A stretch of DNA of 64,000 nucleotides from Camelus dromedarius (Eukaryota). The stretch's first letter is position 1, and each line of letters opens with the position of its first letter. Made by a program: the position numbers and the translations under genes. Where the stretch lies: the NCBI RefSeq assembly GCF_036321535.1, contig NC_087466.1, forward strand, positions 1,612,001 to 1,676,000, given 5' to 3'. The notes under the pieces were generated by a model. It had not been told where the DNA came from, ran no database searches, and saw only the letters and a list, made by a program, of their open reading frames with translations. Below, in pieces: positions 52,444-64,000 of this stretch.

Positions 52444-54248
52444 TCACAAGGTCTGCAGGACAAAGAAACATGAGCTGATTAAGTGGAACTGCCTCCCAAG
52501 CCCACGAGGCTCCCTTGCCTGAACAGAACCGCCTCGCAACGCCTGGACCCTCACTGGATGAGGGACACCACATGCTGCACACCCCAAGCTCACCCATCTG
52601 CGTCAACACACCTGTCAGCACTGGCCAGACCTTCCCCCGAAGCCGGTGACCTTGCCGGCCCTGGACACACGTGTGAGGTGGCACGCGGGTGCTGGAGGGG
52701 TGGCAGCAGTGACACAAGCACCAGGAGTGCAGCCAGGGAGACCCCCTCACACAGGGGCCAGACAGCCGCACGGCCTGGTCCTTCCCTTGGCACAGCACCA
52801 GCTCCAGACCCCTGGCCAGGGCCCCAGCACCTCCAGGCAGGGTGGCACTACGTCCACCTCGCCTGGGGCCACCGCAGCACCTGCCTTCCATCCCCCATGG
52901 CCCAGGGGCGCTGGGGGCAGGAGGGGACTGTGCAGTGGGGACTTGGCGCCCCCTCCCCACACAGGCCCCACATCTGGGGGCCTTTTCCTACCGCTGAGGA
53001 TCCCACCCACCTGGACCAGGGGGCAGGAGGGCGAGCTTGGGCCACCGCTCCAGTGCAGAGCTGGCACTGCAGCCGGGACACAGGCAGCAAAGAGGCTGCG
53101 CAGGGACGGCAGGGGACAGACAGACGCCCGGGGAGCACGATGGGGTACGTTCAGCACACGGCCCTGATGCCTGTGTGTGACTTCTTGTGCAGAAGTTGGG
53201 GGTGGTCCCTGAGAACCCCAAGAGCGGAGCCAGGGCCACACCGGGGACCCGGGGGCTCCATTTGAAGGGCTCCCGCACTGGCAGTGCCCCTGGATGCTGG
53301 GCAAACCAGAGTTTTCACCTTCATCCCGGACTTCTGAGAAGTCTCACAATTAAATTCAAGGGCGAAGAGTCGGACAGTCAGAAAGGGCCACAAAATGAAA
53401 CAAAGCACCGCAAACAAGAACCTGCACGAGTCCCCAAGCATCCCATAACCCAGCCATACTCTGAGTGCAGGAACAAGGAACCCGGGAAGATCTGCAGGGA
53501 AGGGCCATGATAAAGAGAACCAGGACTTCCACCTAGCACCCGAAAGAACCTTTAGAAACAGAAAGCACAGTAAGCACGAACTAACACTCAGCAGAGGATT
53601 TAAGAGCAGATGAGACACAGGAGATGAGACAGGTCAGCAGAACCCTCCAGAGTGCAATGCAGGGAGACAGGGTGCAGGCTGGGTGTTGCAGGCCCAGCTG
53701 TCCCACTCCTGTCCAGCACAGGAGGCACAGGTCCCCCACTTCCAGGGGACTGGTCTCTCCCAGACACAAGAATGCTCTGGGCAAGGCTGACCAGTGCTGT
53801 CCGTGGCAACCAGGCTGCCGAGGTCAGTGGGAGAAGTCCTGCCAGCCCACCCCTGCTGAGACCCCACTCCCCCAGAGCCCCATCAGGACAGAAGGCTGCC
53901 CCACTGGGAACACGCCACTCTGGGCTGTCAGAGAAGGAGGCCACCGGGTCAGCCTAGACCTGCCACACCCCCAACCCCCAACCCAGGCTGCATGCCTGGC
54001 CGCTGGGTGAGGCCACTGGCCGGGGGCAGCTCTGGCCACTGCTGCTCACAGACCAGATGCAGAGCCCCCACTCAGCTGCAGGACCCCCCATCCTAGCTGA
54101 CTCTGGCGGGTGGCAGACCAGCCTTCCAGAAGGCGGTGGCAAGAAAGGCTCTGTGATGGGAAAGAAGGCCACCAAGGTCTCTGGGCAGCCTGCCGCCAGA
54201 GGTGTGGCTGCAGAGCCCCGGCTGTGGCCTCGACGAAGGTGCGGTCAT

Positions 54249-54329
54249 TGGGAGGGAAGGACCAGAGGAAAGCCAGCCCCTGGGGAGGGACCATCAGGAA
54301 CTGCCTTTCTCTCCAGTCCCTCGCCCCCT
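54249..54329 (-). ncRNA. MIR185: pre-miR-185, in TANGO2 intron 1
   Basis: 5p TGGAGAGAAAGGCAGTTCCTGA (54315-54294) and 3p AGGGGCTGGCTTTCCTCTGGTC (54281-54260) match the recalled mature sequences and pair in a hairpin. Confidence 0.96.
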
Positions 54330-57300
54330 ATTCGAGCCAGGCCCACTGCCCCCGGCCCTTCCTCTTCTCAGCTTCATATCCCACCATCCCGCACCCTCCT
54401 TCTCCCAGGGTGCCCCCAGCCCAGCAATGCTAGGGGGATGCCCTCCACCCCCGCCCCGCCAGAGGGCTAACGGGCACCACACACTGATCTGCCAGCTGCC
54501 CACCCAGAGCCACCCCTCCTGAGTACACTTGACGGGCCTGCCCTCCCCTCCTCCTGGCCCACTCGGCCTCTCATGCTGCTGCCCGCCTGGCCACTTGCTC
54601 CATCCGGCCCCTCTGTGCCCCAGCTCAAGTGCACGTCTCCTGCCACCACAAATGGCTGCTCCAGGGACCAGTGGCCCTTCTGTGGTGGTTCCCACTCTCA
54701 GGTCATCCAAGAGCATGCTCGCGCAGTTTCGGGTGGCTGCGTGCTTCCAGATCGTCCTTAGCAAAGCACGGGAGTGCTGTAGGGTTATCGCACGCGCAGG
54801 GCCCTGCTGCCCCTGTCAGGCTGTGCAGTCTGCCCTCCACACGCCAGGACAGCGTAGGGCCCCATCCAGGAGAAAGCATACCACTCAGTGCTTATCTGAG
54901 GTGAGGAATGAGCAAGACTTGTGTGTGGGGACAGAGCTCAGGGCGGGCCACCTGGTCCAGGGGACAAGGGGACCTGCAGGGAGACGCCTGGGGTCTGGTG
55001 TCCACACCCCCACACAGGAGGTACTTGCACCAGCCATGAAACCAGACACCTAAAACATGTGCCTTTCCAGTAGGCAAGGTTTACATCGGGAAAACCGAAC
55101 TGTCCATCCAGAAAAGAGAGGAGAAAGTGGACAGACCCTGCCCTTCTCCCCGCATGGCTTCGAGATGATCTTCTGCGCCAGGGAGGTGAGGCAGGAGAGG
55201 CCGGGAGAAGAGCCGTTCCCAGGAGACTGGTCAAGAACAGGCCCAGCCCTGGTCAAAGTTCCTCATGACAGGACAGAGCACATGAGATCTGCACAAGGAC
55301 CCACCCACTCAGGTGAGCACCAGGCCATGAGGTGGGGGCCTGCACCCCCAGAGTACTTCCTTTGCTGAAAAGGCAAACAGGGCACCTGGACCGAGGGAGG
55401 AGACACGCTGCTGGTCAGAGGCAGCAGGGAGGGCAGCGACACAGGTGAGTGAGTGGGAGCCCAGGGGCGGGGGCGATTGCCTCCTCCAGGCTGCTCCTCT
55501 GGCAGGCGGAGGGTGACTGAGCCCTGGAGACTGCACCCCACTCCTGTCTGGCCTTGGGCGGAGGAGCAGGCAGGCGCTCCACCCCGCGTCCCACCCGTGC
55601 TATCATTTGCCGGCTAGGCTGTTCGGGGCCTTGGCAGAGGACGCCTGGTGTCTGCCCCTTTGAGAGTAGCCAGCCCACCCTGAGGCTCCGCCCTCCTCCC
55701 CGTCCACGACTGAGGACGCAACAATCCCCACTTTGTCGGTTGGCTTGGTGGGTAAATGGCATTTCGCCACAGCAGGCTCTCTACAGTGATACTCCTTCCT
55801 GAGCTCTTGGAGATGTTTTAGGGGCACTAATTCAGCCTCACACCAGTGTCACTGTCCCTTCAGGGTTCAAAAGGGGAACACAAGTGAGGGGCTCTGGACG
55901 CACGGAGGTCCCACACCTCAGCCCCTCCTGGCAGGAACACAGCTTCCTCCCCGCCTCCCTCCACCACGGGGGGGGGGGGGGGGCTGTGTCTCAGATGGCC
56001 CCTGCGGCTCACGTGGTTCAGAGCAGGAAGGGGGCGTCCCCACAGCCCCTCAAGGCAGGTGGAAGCAAGCACTTATAGCTGGCGTGGTCCTGAAGGCCCA
56101 GCAGGGGCACCCTGAGCACCAGTGGACACTAGGAGGTAGGCACCGGCCTTTTTACTTTTAAGGGTATATCCGTTATTTCTGCAACCTAAGAAGAAAGCTG
56201 ACAGGTAAAAAAGCTGCATGGATAGTCTGAAAGGGGAACTCAGTGGTCTAGGGGCCACCTCATTCTCACAGAGCCCCTCACCAAACGCTGAGGTCCAGAC
56301 CAGCAAACTGTCCTCATGCGCTGGCTGACACGTTGCCAAAGCATAGACCCAGCTCTCACACATCTGGAGCGTCAGTGACAAGTGTGGCCCCACTTCCAGC
56401 AGCCCTGCGCCCCAGGTGCACTCAGAAGCAGCACCCACGGGCAGGCGAGCAGGCACCAGGAGGTGTCTTCGAGAGCAGCCACCAGCCCAGGAGTAAGTCC
56501 ACAAGACACTGTGTGTCATCACATCCAGGGTAAAACATGATCCAGTGATGGCGCACAAATACAGACGCAAAGAGTGAGGCAGCAGTAACAGCTCAGGGGC
56601 CGGGCAACAGGCCAGAGCTGCCAGCCAGCAGCCTGGTCTGAGGGGCTTGCGTTCTGTGGACACACCAGTAACACGAAGCCACAGGACTGAGGGACGCATG
56701 CTTTTGAAGCCAATGGTCAGGGGTCCAAGAGGGTGGGAGTACCAAAGCAACATGCTCCACCCACTGGGAGCCCTGGGAACCTGGGGAGAGGGGAACAGAG
56801 GCTCTGCTGTGTCCACCTGCCAACACAGCCACCCTCTCTGGCAGCCCCACCCCACCCAACAGGTCATCTGAGGCAGAAGGGCTCCTGGCAGAGGGGATCC
56901 GGAAGAAAGGGCCAGCTCTGGCTCTAAGTGACCTTGGGAACACCATCTGCTCCACAGACAGTCTTCTTCACTGATAACGATGTCTGGCCAACAAACACTT
57001 GCCACAAAAGTCTGCCCAGAGGATGAAAGAGCCAGTGGCAGAGAGCACTTCCCAAGAGCTACCAGCTGCAGGCGCCCCTCACAGCTGCCATCACTGCAGG
57101 GCTGCCTAGTGCAAACAGCTGCAGCAAAACACCAGCAGGCAGGTCCACCGCAGGACAGCAGGGAGGCCTGGCTGATCATGCGACATCCCTGGTGGAGGAC
57201 AGACTGGAGCCTGACGTTCAGGGACCGGTCCAAGGGCAGAAGGCCCACACCAAAGCTGTGGCCCAGAGGTAAGTGCGGGAGCTCCTGGGGTGGGAAAGGG

Positions 57301-57827
57301 TGTTAAAGCCCAGCGGCTCCAAGGCTTTGGCTTGGGTGCAGCCCTGCCCAGCCCCCTCTCCTGATGCCCTGGGAGTAGGTCTGACCACCTCAGCTACCCC
57401 AGGAAGGCCGTGTCCAGGCGCACAGATGACCTGGCACTTGCTGCACCCTGGGACAGACATCAGCTGTCGCCCGCAGCAGGGCGCACGGAGGGAGCAGCGT
57501 GACTCAGGGCTCCAGAGCCGACCTACCCGTATAGCCTACCGACCCTCGCCCTGCGGCGACCGCGCAGCTCCGGGCTCGCAGGGCTGCCCTCCGAGGGACA
57601 TCGGCCCTGCCTGCGGGGGCCCGCGCCCCACTCCATCGGGGACACTGGAAACACCTTTCAGGAACGCGAGGAACGCTTCCTCTGCTAGGGTGGGCTTAGT
57701 CTCGCCGGACCGGCCGCTGGACGTGTATTCCCCACTTCGAGAAGGGGATACTGAAGCAGGGCGGGAGACGCATCCGCTTCCCAAGTCCGAGCCCCGCGCC
57801 TGAGCCCCATGCCCGGAGTCCGCGCCC

Positions 57828-57866
57828 CGCACCCCGAGTTCGCACCCCGAGTCCGCACCCCGAGCC
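57828..57866. repeat. 13-bp minisatellite (3 near-perfect copies within a degenerate array spanning ~57787-57920)
   Basis: CGCACCCCGAGTT CGCACCCCGAGTC CGCACCCCGAGCC. Confidence 0.85.
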
Positions 57867-57953
57867 TTGAGTCTGAGCCCCGCTTCCAGAGTCCGCGCCC
57901 CAAGCGCCGAGCCCTGAGCCAGCCGAGAGCGCAGCCTGCCGAGAGCGCAGTCC

Positions 57954-58020
57954 GCCGCCCGCCGCCCGCCGCCCGCCGCCCGCCGCGAACTCACCGCCTC
58001 CGCCGCCGCCGCCGCCGCCG
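57954..58020. repeat. (GCCGCCC)4 and (CCG)7 repeats flanking the TANGO2 exon 1 donor
   Basis: Heptamer x4 at 57954-57981 and CCG x7 at 58000-58020. Confidence 0.88.
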
Positions 58021-58814
58021 ACTTCCGGGTGCCGCGCCCGCGCGCTGCTGCCACCGCCCATGCCCCGCCCCCCGCAGTCTGAGCGCTCGCCATTGGGCCG
58101 CGCGGAGGGGGGCGGGGCTGGGCGCCGCGAGCCAGGACTCTTTTGGCCGCTCGCGCCGTCGCTCGGGGCTGCACCTCCCTACGCTCCGCCCCCGGGGCTG
58201 CGCCAAGCTGCTGACTCCGCCGGGTGACCCCCAGCGGCCTTCTCAGCCTGCCCCGCCGACAGGGACGCCAGCCTCGGGCCCTGCCCTCGCAGAAACGTCA
58301 CCTGCCGGCCCAGAGACCCGCGCTGCACGGGGCCCTGCTGGAGGCTCTGCAGGGATACTCACGTCTGGACCCGCCTGCAGGTGGGGCCCTGCTCGCCCCT
58401 CCCTGTCCGCCCAGTCGGTGCTTCTGGACTGGCCATCTTCTTCATTGCAGCCCTGACCCCCGACATCCCTGCCGCGCTCATGGCAGACCCTGGACCTGCC
58501 ACCACAGCCTTTAACCCTCCTCGAGGCTGTTCTGCAGGTCTGGCCCCCAGCATGGAGGGCTGCCGGCCAGATCTGCACCGGGCTGCAAGTGAGCAGGAAG
58601 CCGGGAAGGAGCACTGACCTGGGCCCTTGCAACAGGGCAGGCATTCCCTGGGCTGTATCTGGGGCCTTGAGTGCAGGGAAAGTGGAGAGTCAGAGGCCCA
58701 GAGCTTGCTCCAAAGTGGGCCCTCAGTAGACCATGACAAGAATGACAGTTTCATTAAGGTTAATAACAAGGTGCTAAGGGCTCTAAACTCAGTGTTCCTG
58801 GACACAGCTCATTC

Positions 58815-58915
58815 GTCTCATTTTACAGATGCAAACACTGAGGCCCAGAACAGTTAGGTGTATCACTTGCTTGAAGTCAAAAAAAGGTGGCAAGTGGCAG
58901 TGGCTAGATTAGCTC
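58815..58915 (-). mobile_element. MIR SINE fragment
   Basis: ctcattttacagatgcaaacactgaggcccagaacagttagg..cacttgcttgaagtca..aagtggcagtggctagatt. Confidence 0.75.
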
Positions 58916-59574
58916 CACAGCCCTGCGTTGAGGACGTAGGTGCCCTGATCCTGACTTGGAGCACTGACACCCTGTGAAAACTGGGGCTTTGACAGAGCAA
59001 GGGCCTGGCTGGTAGTCAGCACAGGCAAGAGCCAAACTCAGATCTGTTTGACACCCCCAAAGGCCCATCCCACCCCACTCTTTCGCCACATCTCTGTGTT
59101 CCTCCCAGAACTCAACATAAGCCCTTTGCAGACACAGAAGTCAGGGACTCTCGATGCCCAAGGACTCAAGGACAACAGGCAGCAGACCCAGCAAGACACA
59201 CAGTCCTCCCTCTTGCTACCTGGCAACAGAGTCGTGCAGGGTGGGTGCCAGTGATTTCCCTCTGGGCGGCTGGACCATGCAGTCCAACCAAGAGGTGGTA
59301 GTGTTGGATAAGCAGGACCTGGGGCTAGAGGTGAGTGACCACATCCTGTGGTATGGGGCAGCAGCTGCAGAGTGGTCTGCCCCAAACCACTGGGCCACAT
59401 GCCTTAGAGAGGTGGAACACAGATTAGCCAAGCCCTTGAGAGCAGTCTTTTCCATTGCCTGCATGGGGGTGGGGGGGGTGCAGTCACACATGGCTTGGAT
59501 GGAGGTGTAAATCCCACTCTGCTATAGGTTACTGAGATGGGGCGGGGTGGGGTCTCAGGGCTGCATGGGGTTCA

Positions 59575-59720
59575 CTGCCACACCACCTCTAATTACATAC
59601 ATCCTTAGATGGAGAGCTCATTACCTTGTGCAGTCACCCTTTTGATTTCTGAGCATCTGCAACTGTTGGAAAGTTCTTTCTGACATCCAGGTGAAACCTT
59701 TTTCTCCCTGTGTCTTTACT
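59575..59720 (-). mobile_element. L3/CR1 3' fragment
   Basis: gagagctcattaccttgtgcagtcacc..ctgttggaaagttctttctgacatccaggtgaaacc resembles recalled L3. Confidence 0.5.
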
Positions 59721-61221
59721 TACATGCTTCAGACCCTACAGAGTTGGCCAGGAGCCAGGTGGAAGAGGTGCGAGAGAGGGAGGAGACCGGGCTACTGGTC
59801 CCTGCAGCAGTGGACTAGTGATAGAGGCCATCTCCCCTGCAATCTGACTCTTTCAACCCCCATTTGCAACCTGAGTCATGGTGGATCCACTGCCAGACAG
59901 AGGCCCTGAGTCCTCTTGGAACTGGCGTTGCCCACCCTGATCCTCCGAATGCACCTGGTAATCCAGCTTAACGGGTAGACAGGTGTCTGGGGCCCTGTCA
60001 GGAGAGGTGGGTTGAGAACAAGGGGGAGGGAGGCAGTCCTCAGCTGGGCCGATTCGGGTGCACAATTCTCTACCCCCTTTGCTCTCTCAGCAGAGGTATA
60101 TGCAGCCCCTCTTGCCACCATCAGCAAGTGTGTGGGGAAGGGGTGATGCTGGACCATAAGGTCATTGTGAGAGGAGGGGTTCAGGAGGACCAGGGCCCTT
60201 GGAAAGATCCACAGGGACCACTGGGCTAATTAAGTCTTCTTCTAAATATAGAAAAGAGAACCCCCACCCCAGTCCACATGGCAGCTGGGCCAGAAGGTCC
60301 CCTATGGTGCAGTTTCCGCAAGACAAGACCTAGAGAGCGACCCTTCATTCCACCCACCCAGAGCTTTGAGCAACATCTCTGTGCCAGGGTGCCAAATGGC
60401 TGTCACTTCCAGTGCTACTGACACCTCCAGTGCCAATTCCAGTCAGTTAGCTGTGGCTGCCTGGCACTGAACGACTGCTGGGGTTGATTTGCCACATATG
60501 CCAGGGCACAGGTGGTACCAGTGGTGAGTTCTGGCTGAAAATCATTTCCTTTTCTTTGTTCTGACCAAGCAACTACTGGGTGAACATACTGGACTCCTGA
60601 CATGGGTGGATAAAACATGCATATCTGGTCCCCTCTGTTAGCACTAATGTGGGTGGTATGGTTCTGGGGAAAACGATGAGCCAAGGATCATCTCCTGGTC
60701 AGGCAGGGCCAGGAAAGGCTGAGAACCGGGCATGAGCCAGGGTCCCTAGTCAGGGACCCCGAAACAAACCCCAATGGGCAGCAGCCCCACTGGTGGCCTC
60801 ACCCCCCTCAAAGTTTAGTGGAGCTGGCCTAGGTTTCTGGTCCCATTTGTGGTTATGGGTGTGCCCTGTATCATCACAGGGACCAAGTGGCTACTCTCCA
60901 CCCAGCAGGAAAATGCAAATTGTGCTGAATTCAACTTGGGTGGCTGAGCCTCACAGTGATCCCACACCCCCACAGGTAGGGTGGAGGAAGGGAACCCCAT
61001 GAATGGGGGGGGACAATGAATGCACAACCCCCCCCCAGGCCCAGATCTGTGGCCATGCCATGAGCCCTATGAAGGCCAGTCCCCTGGGCCCTGCAGAGGG
61101 TCTGCAGATTCAGGCCTGATGGGGGAGGAAAGCCGTTGGTCATGGAGGGGTCTCTTTCTACTCCTGGAAACACTGCTGACCCCCACCCACGTGGGCCTCC
61201 ACTGGGGAAACCCTGGGGCGA

Positions 61222-61370
61222 TGAGGGTAGAAGGGCTCCCAGGCTGGGGAGTCAGATGGACTGGGTTCGAGTCCCGGTGACCTAGAGCAAGCGAGAACCT
61301 CTCTGGGCCTCGGTTTCCCGTCTGTAAAATGGGAGAGCAGCAGAACACTCCGTATTGTGGGAAATAGCAT
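61222..61370 (+). mobile_element. MIR SINE fragment
   Basis: gtcagatggactgggttcgagtccc..aacctctctgggcctcggtttcccgtctgtaaaatggg. Confidence 0.8.
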
Positions 61371-62520
61371 TGATGTCGACGGGAGGGCGCGGCCAACAGC
61401 AGTCTCTGGAGGATACCTACGAACTGGGGGTGGTGATGGAGGGAACGCGGCCTGATCCCTCCCCGCCCGGGCCGGACAGTCCGGGGATGTCCTCGAAGGC
61501 GGCCCGTGGAGGGTGGCCCTCCCTGGCCGCCGCCGCCGCAGCGGTCCCGGCAGGTGCCGGGGCCTCCGCCACTCCACGAGGGGCCGTCTTCAGCCGAGAC
61601 GGACACTCCGAGGGCCCAATGGCAAGCCGGCGTCTCCTCGCACCCGTCCAATCGGCGCCGGTTGCCGGGTCTTCCGACCAATGGGAACACTGGTAGCGAT
61701 GGGGCGGGGCGAGGGTCGTGGTGCCGGCAGGCCCGCTTTGCGCACGGGCCGCGCGAGGGGCGGAGGGAGGGCTGGGGATGCGGAGGGTGAGGGCCCCGCA
61801 CCCGCGCGAGCGAGGTCCCCGGACGGCCACCGGCGCCCACCTGGGGACGCTGTGAGCCGAGGGACTCGGGGACGCCCGTCTGGGGCGGGAGCCGCGCTGC
61901 GGAGCCGCCCACGCCGCGCTCCAGGTAGGCTCGGGCTGGGGACCGGGGTCGGGATCCCGCCCGGGATCGGGACTGCAGGCCAGGCAGGGGCTGGAGGCGA
62001 GGTCTGGGCTGGGGTCGGGTCCCAGGGTCCTGCCTGGCCCTGCCCCACCCCCACCTTGCCCGCGTCGCGGTGCGCGGACCCAAGACTGGCGGGGGCGGGT
62101 CCCTTTGTGCGCGGCCTCGGGTCCTGTCCGACCGGTTGTGCGCCCCGCTCCGCGCACCCCTCCAGCCTCTGCCTGGCCGAAGTCGTGTCCGCCCGGCTCG
62201 ACCGGGCATCTCGAGCCAGGGCTGCGCAGCCACAGAAACTTTCCTTTGGCCAGAGGGGTCCCGGGCGGGGGAACTTTGCTGGGGCGACGCGCCGCCGGGA
62301 AGCGCGGGCCTGGCCCGGCCGAAGGGATGCCGCTGGGCTGCGCTGCTCCCACCGCCCAGGGGACAAGGGATGAGACGCTGCCCAGCGTCCCTGCCCGTAA
62401 CCTCAACCTGGGTATTTGTCCCCCGGAACCCCGTCGATGGGCCCCTGGCCGAGGTGCATCCCCACTACTTGGAGTGGAAATCGTCCCGGTGTCACCGCGG
62501 GCGGGCGGCTGGAGATCCCC
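61370..62520. promoter_or_regulatory. CpG island: probable ARVCF promoter (possibly bidirectional with an upstream TANGO2 TSS)
   Basis: CpG-dense, with three CCAAT boxes (61616, 61648, 61678) and GC boxes. The ARVCF assignment rests on synteny with human 22q11.2. Confidence 0.7.
61790..61924 (+). other. ARVCF: Probable non-coding exon 1 of ARVCF (start approximate)
   Basis: Strong donor CAG|GTAGGC at 61924/61925 downstream of the CCAAT cluster. No ARVCF coding sequence is in the window, so the identity is inferred from synteny only. Confidence 0.5.
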
Positions 62521-64000
62521 AGTTTCCATATTTTCATTTTAAATAATTAAATCTTGGGTTCTTACAATATGTCACCGTTTCTAACCTCTGCATAACGTGT
62601 CACAGTGAAAACGGAGCTCGAGGACTCCAGGCTTGTTCAGGAAGAAGGAAAGCAAAGAACTACCCTTCATTCTTTAAGATAGGTTTTTCATTTAAGCCAC
62701 CTCTCACACCACTTCCCCTTGTCACTTGAGTCACCGTGCAGGGCACATGCCAGGTCAGGATTTATAAACCCAGGGGGTTGGAATGATAAGCGACCTATAG
62801 GGCACTTTCTCCCATGAGGGAGCGTCGGAGAGTAACCCGGGGAGACAGCGGGTCAGCATTGGAAGCCTCCACCCACTGTGACTCCTTCTGCCTCTACTCC
62901 CAGATCCAGGCTGCCAGGGGTCTGCACATCCCCAGCAGGTCCCACCTGTCCTGTGCTCAGTGTATCTGGATCTGGGACAGTGTTGGACCCATGGCCAGTC
63001 AGTTCCGAGCAGTGTGTGGGGCTATAAATCTGGAACTTGTGCTTTCCCCCAGCCTTGCTCCGTCCCATCCAGAGTACCTTGTCTGTCCCCAGCCGCCCCA
63101 GGCCCTCTAGTCTCAGGCCCCCAGGCACCCAGCACAGGGCTAGGCACAGAGCTGTAGCCCTGGCCTGGGGAGTAGTTCACATGAGCACAGCCCAGCCAGC
63201 CCTGCCTGCTCTCCTTATGGGCTTTCCTACATGGACATGAGTGCCTGCTGACCAGGTACCAGCCCTCAGTCCTGCTAGGTTAGAGCTGCCCCCCAATCTG
63301 GGCTGCACACCTCCCCCCGGAGGTGGCCCCTCTGATCTCTTCTCAGTCCCAGGGGTCCCTCTGTACTTCCTAGTTTCTGTGAGGGTGAGGCTGTTTGTGC
63401 TGCACAGGGGTTCAGGGTGGGTTCACTGCATCCCCTTCACCCCAGGAGACAGGCCTGGGGACCACAGGTAGTGGGATCCTGCACCTCCAAGAGGAGCCAA
63501 GAACCGTAGCACAGCTGGGTGAGGACACCAGGAACGCCAGAGCCTCAGCCAGCCCCTCACATCTGCCCTGTGACCTGGGATGGCCTTGGCAGAGGGAGGG
63601 AGGGGGCAGAGCTGGGGTGGTGGTCCTGGGGGCAAGTGCTATGGGATGCCAGGGAGGCTGCGAGGGTTTTGGGACCTTCCCCAGCAGTGGCTCAGATCGG
63701 GGAGGGCATCTGTCCCTTTGCTACTAGCTTCTATCAAGACTAGGATGAAGTCTGGGCCCCTATGCAGGAGCCCTGGCATCAGAGAGTAACGGGGAGACAT
63801 GGGGTGAGGAATTCCTGGGCCTTTCTGACTGGGAGGGCTGCCCAGCTCAGCCTGTTTCACAGGTCAGTAAGAGGAGCCCAGAGCTGGTGGGCACTCACAT
63901 CACCCATGTGGATCCCCCTCCCCGCCCCCACCCAAGGGTGTGTGTGTGTCTGTGAAGCACAGCCCTTCTCACTGCCCCAGTGGACACTGAGGGGCCGGCA

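Larger units (their letters stand above)
57530..58330 (-). promoter_or_regulatory. TANGO2 CpG-island promoter and non-coding exon 1
   Basis: Donor GCG|GTGAGT at 57995/57994, ETS site CCGGAAGT (58028-58021), CCAAT (58096-58092), GC box (~58107-58117). Confidence 0.8.

Noticed and set aside
53330-53630. A-rich tract possibly from an old L1ME
   Set aside because: Similarity is too weak to assign from memory.
56073-57248. 391-aa minus-strand ORF in TANGO2 intron 1
   Set aside because: No recognisable domain or retroelement (gag/RT) motif; treated as chance, though a BLASTP search would settle it.
61067-62529. 388-aa and 370-aa ORFs over the ARVCF-side CpG island
   Set aside because: R/G/P/A-rich CpG-island artefacts; one runs through a MIR.

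Overview
Mammalian genomic DNA, very probably camelid (one Vic-1-like tRNA-Ala-derived SINE), syntenic to human 22q11.2 but reversed. Gene order in the window: ZDHHC8 exon 1 (-), RANBP1 (-, complete, 206 aa), TRMT2A (+, complete, 621 aa), DGCR8 (-, 773 codons, two N gaps in its first coding exon), TANGO2 (-, complete, 276 aa), and probably the non-coding first exon of ARVCF (+). I traced every coding exon by hand through GT-AG boundaries, and the phases close. RNA genes: an H/ACA snoRNA of the SNORA77 family in RANBP1 intron 5, mir-3618 and mir-1306 in DGCR8 exon 2, and mir-185 in TANGO2 intron 1. There are five CpG-island promoters and old L1, L2, L3, MIR and MLT1 repeats. I see no CRISPR array, prokaryotic system or new protein-coding gene; most long ORFs in the track are GC-rich shadow frames. 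The best leads are regulatory: (1) an 82-codon alternative RANBP1 first exon on the antisense strand of TRMT2A exon 2; (2) a candidate poison/in-frame cassette exon in RANBP1 intron 2 with mutually exclusive RNA pairings; (3) a duplicated two-part motif in the ZDHHC8 promoter; (4) N gaps whose lengths fit the missing sequence exactly. Comparisons with human sequences, miRBase entries and repeat consensuses are from memory and were not computed.
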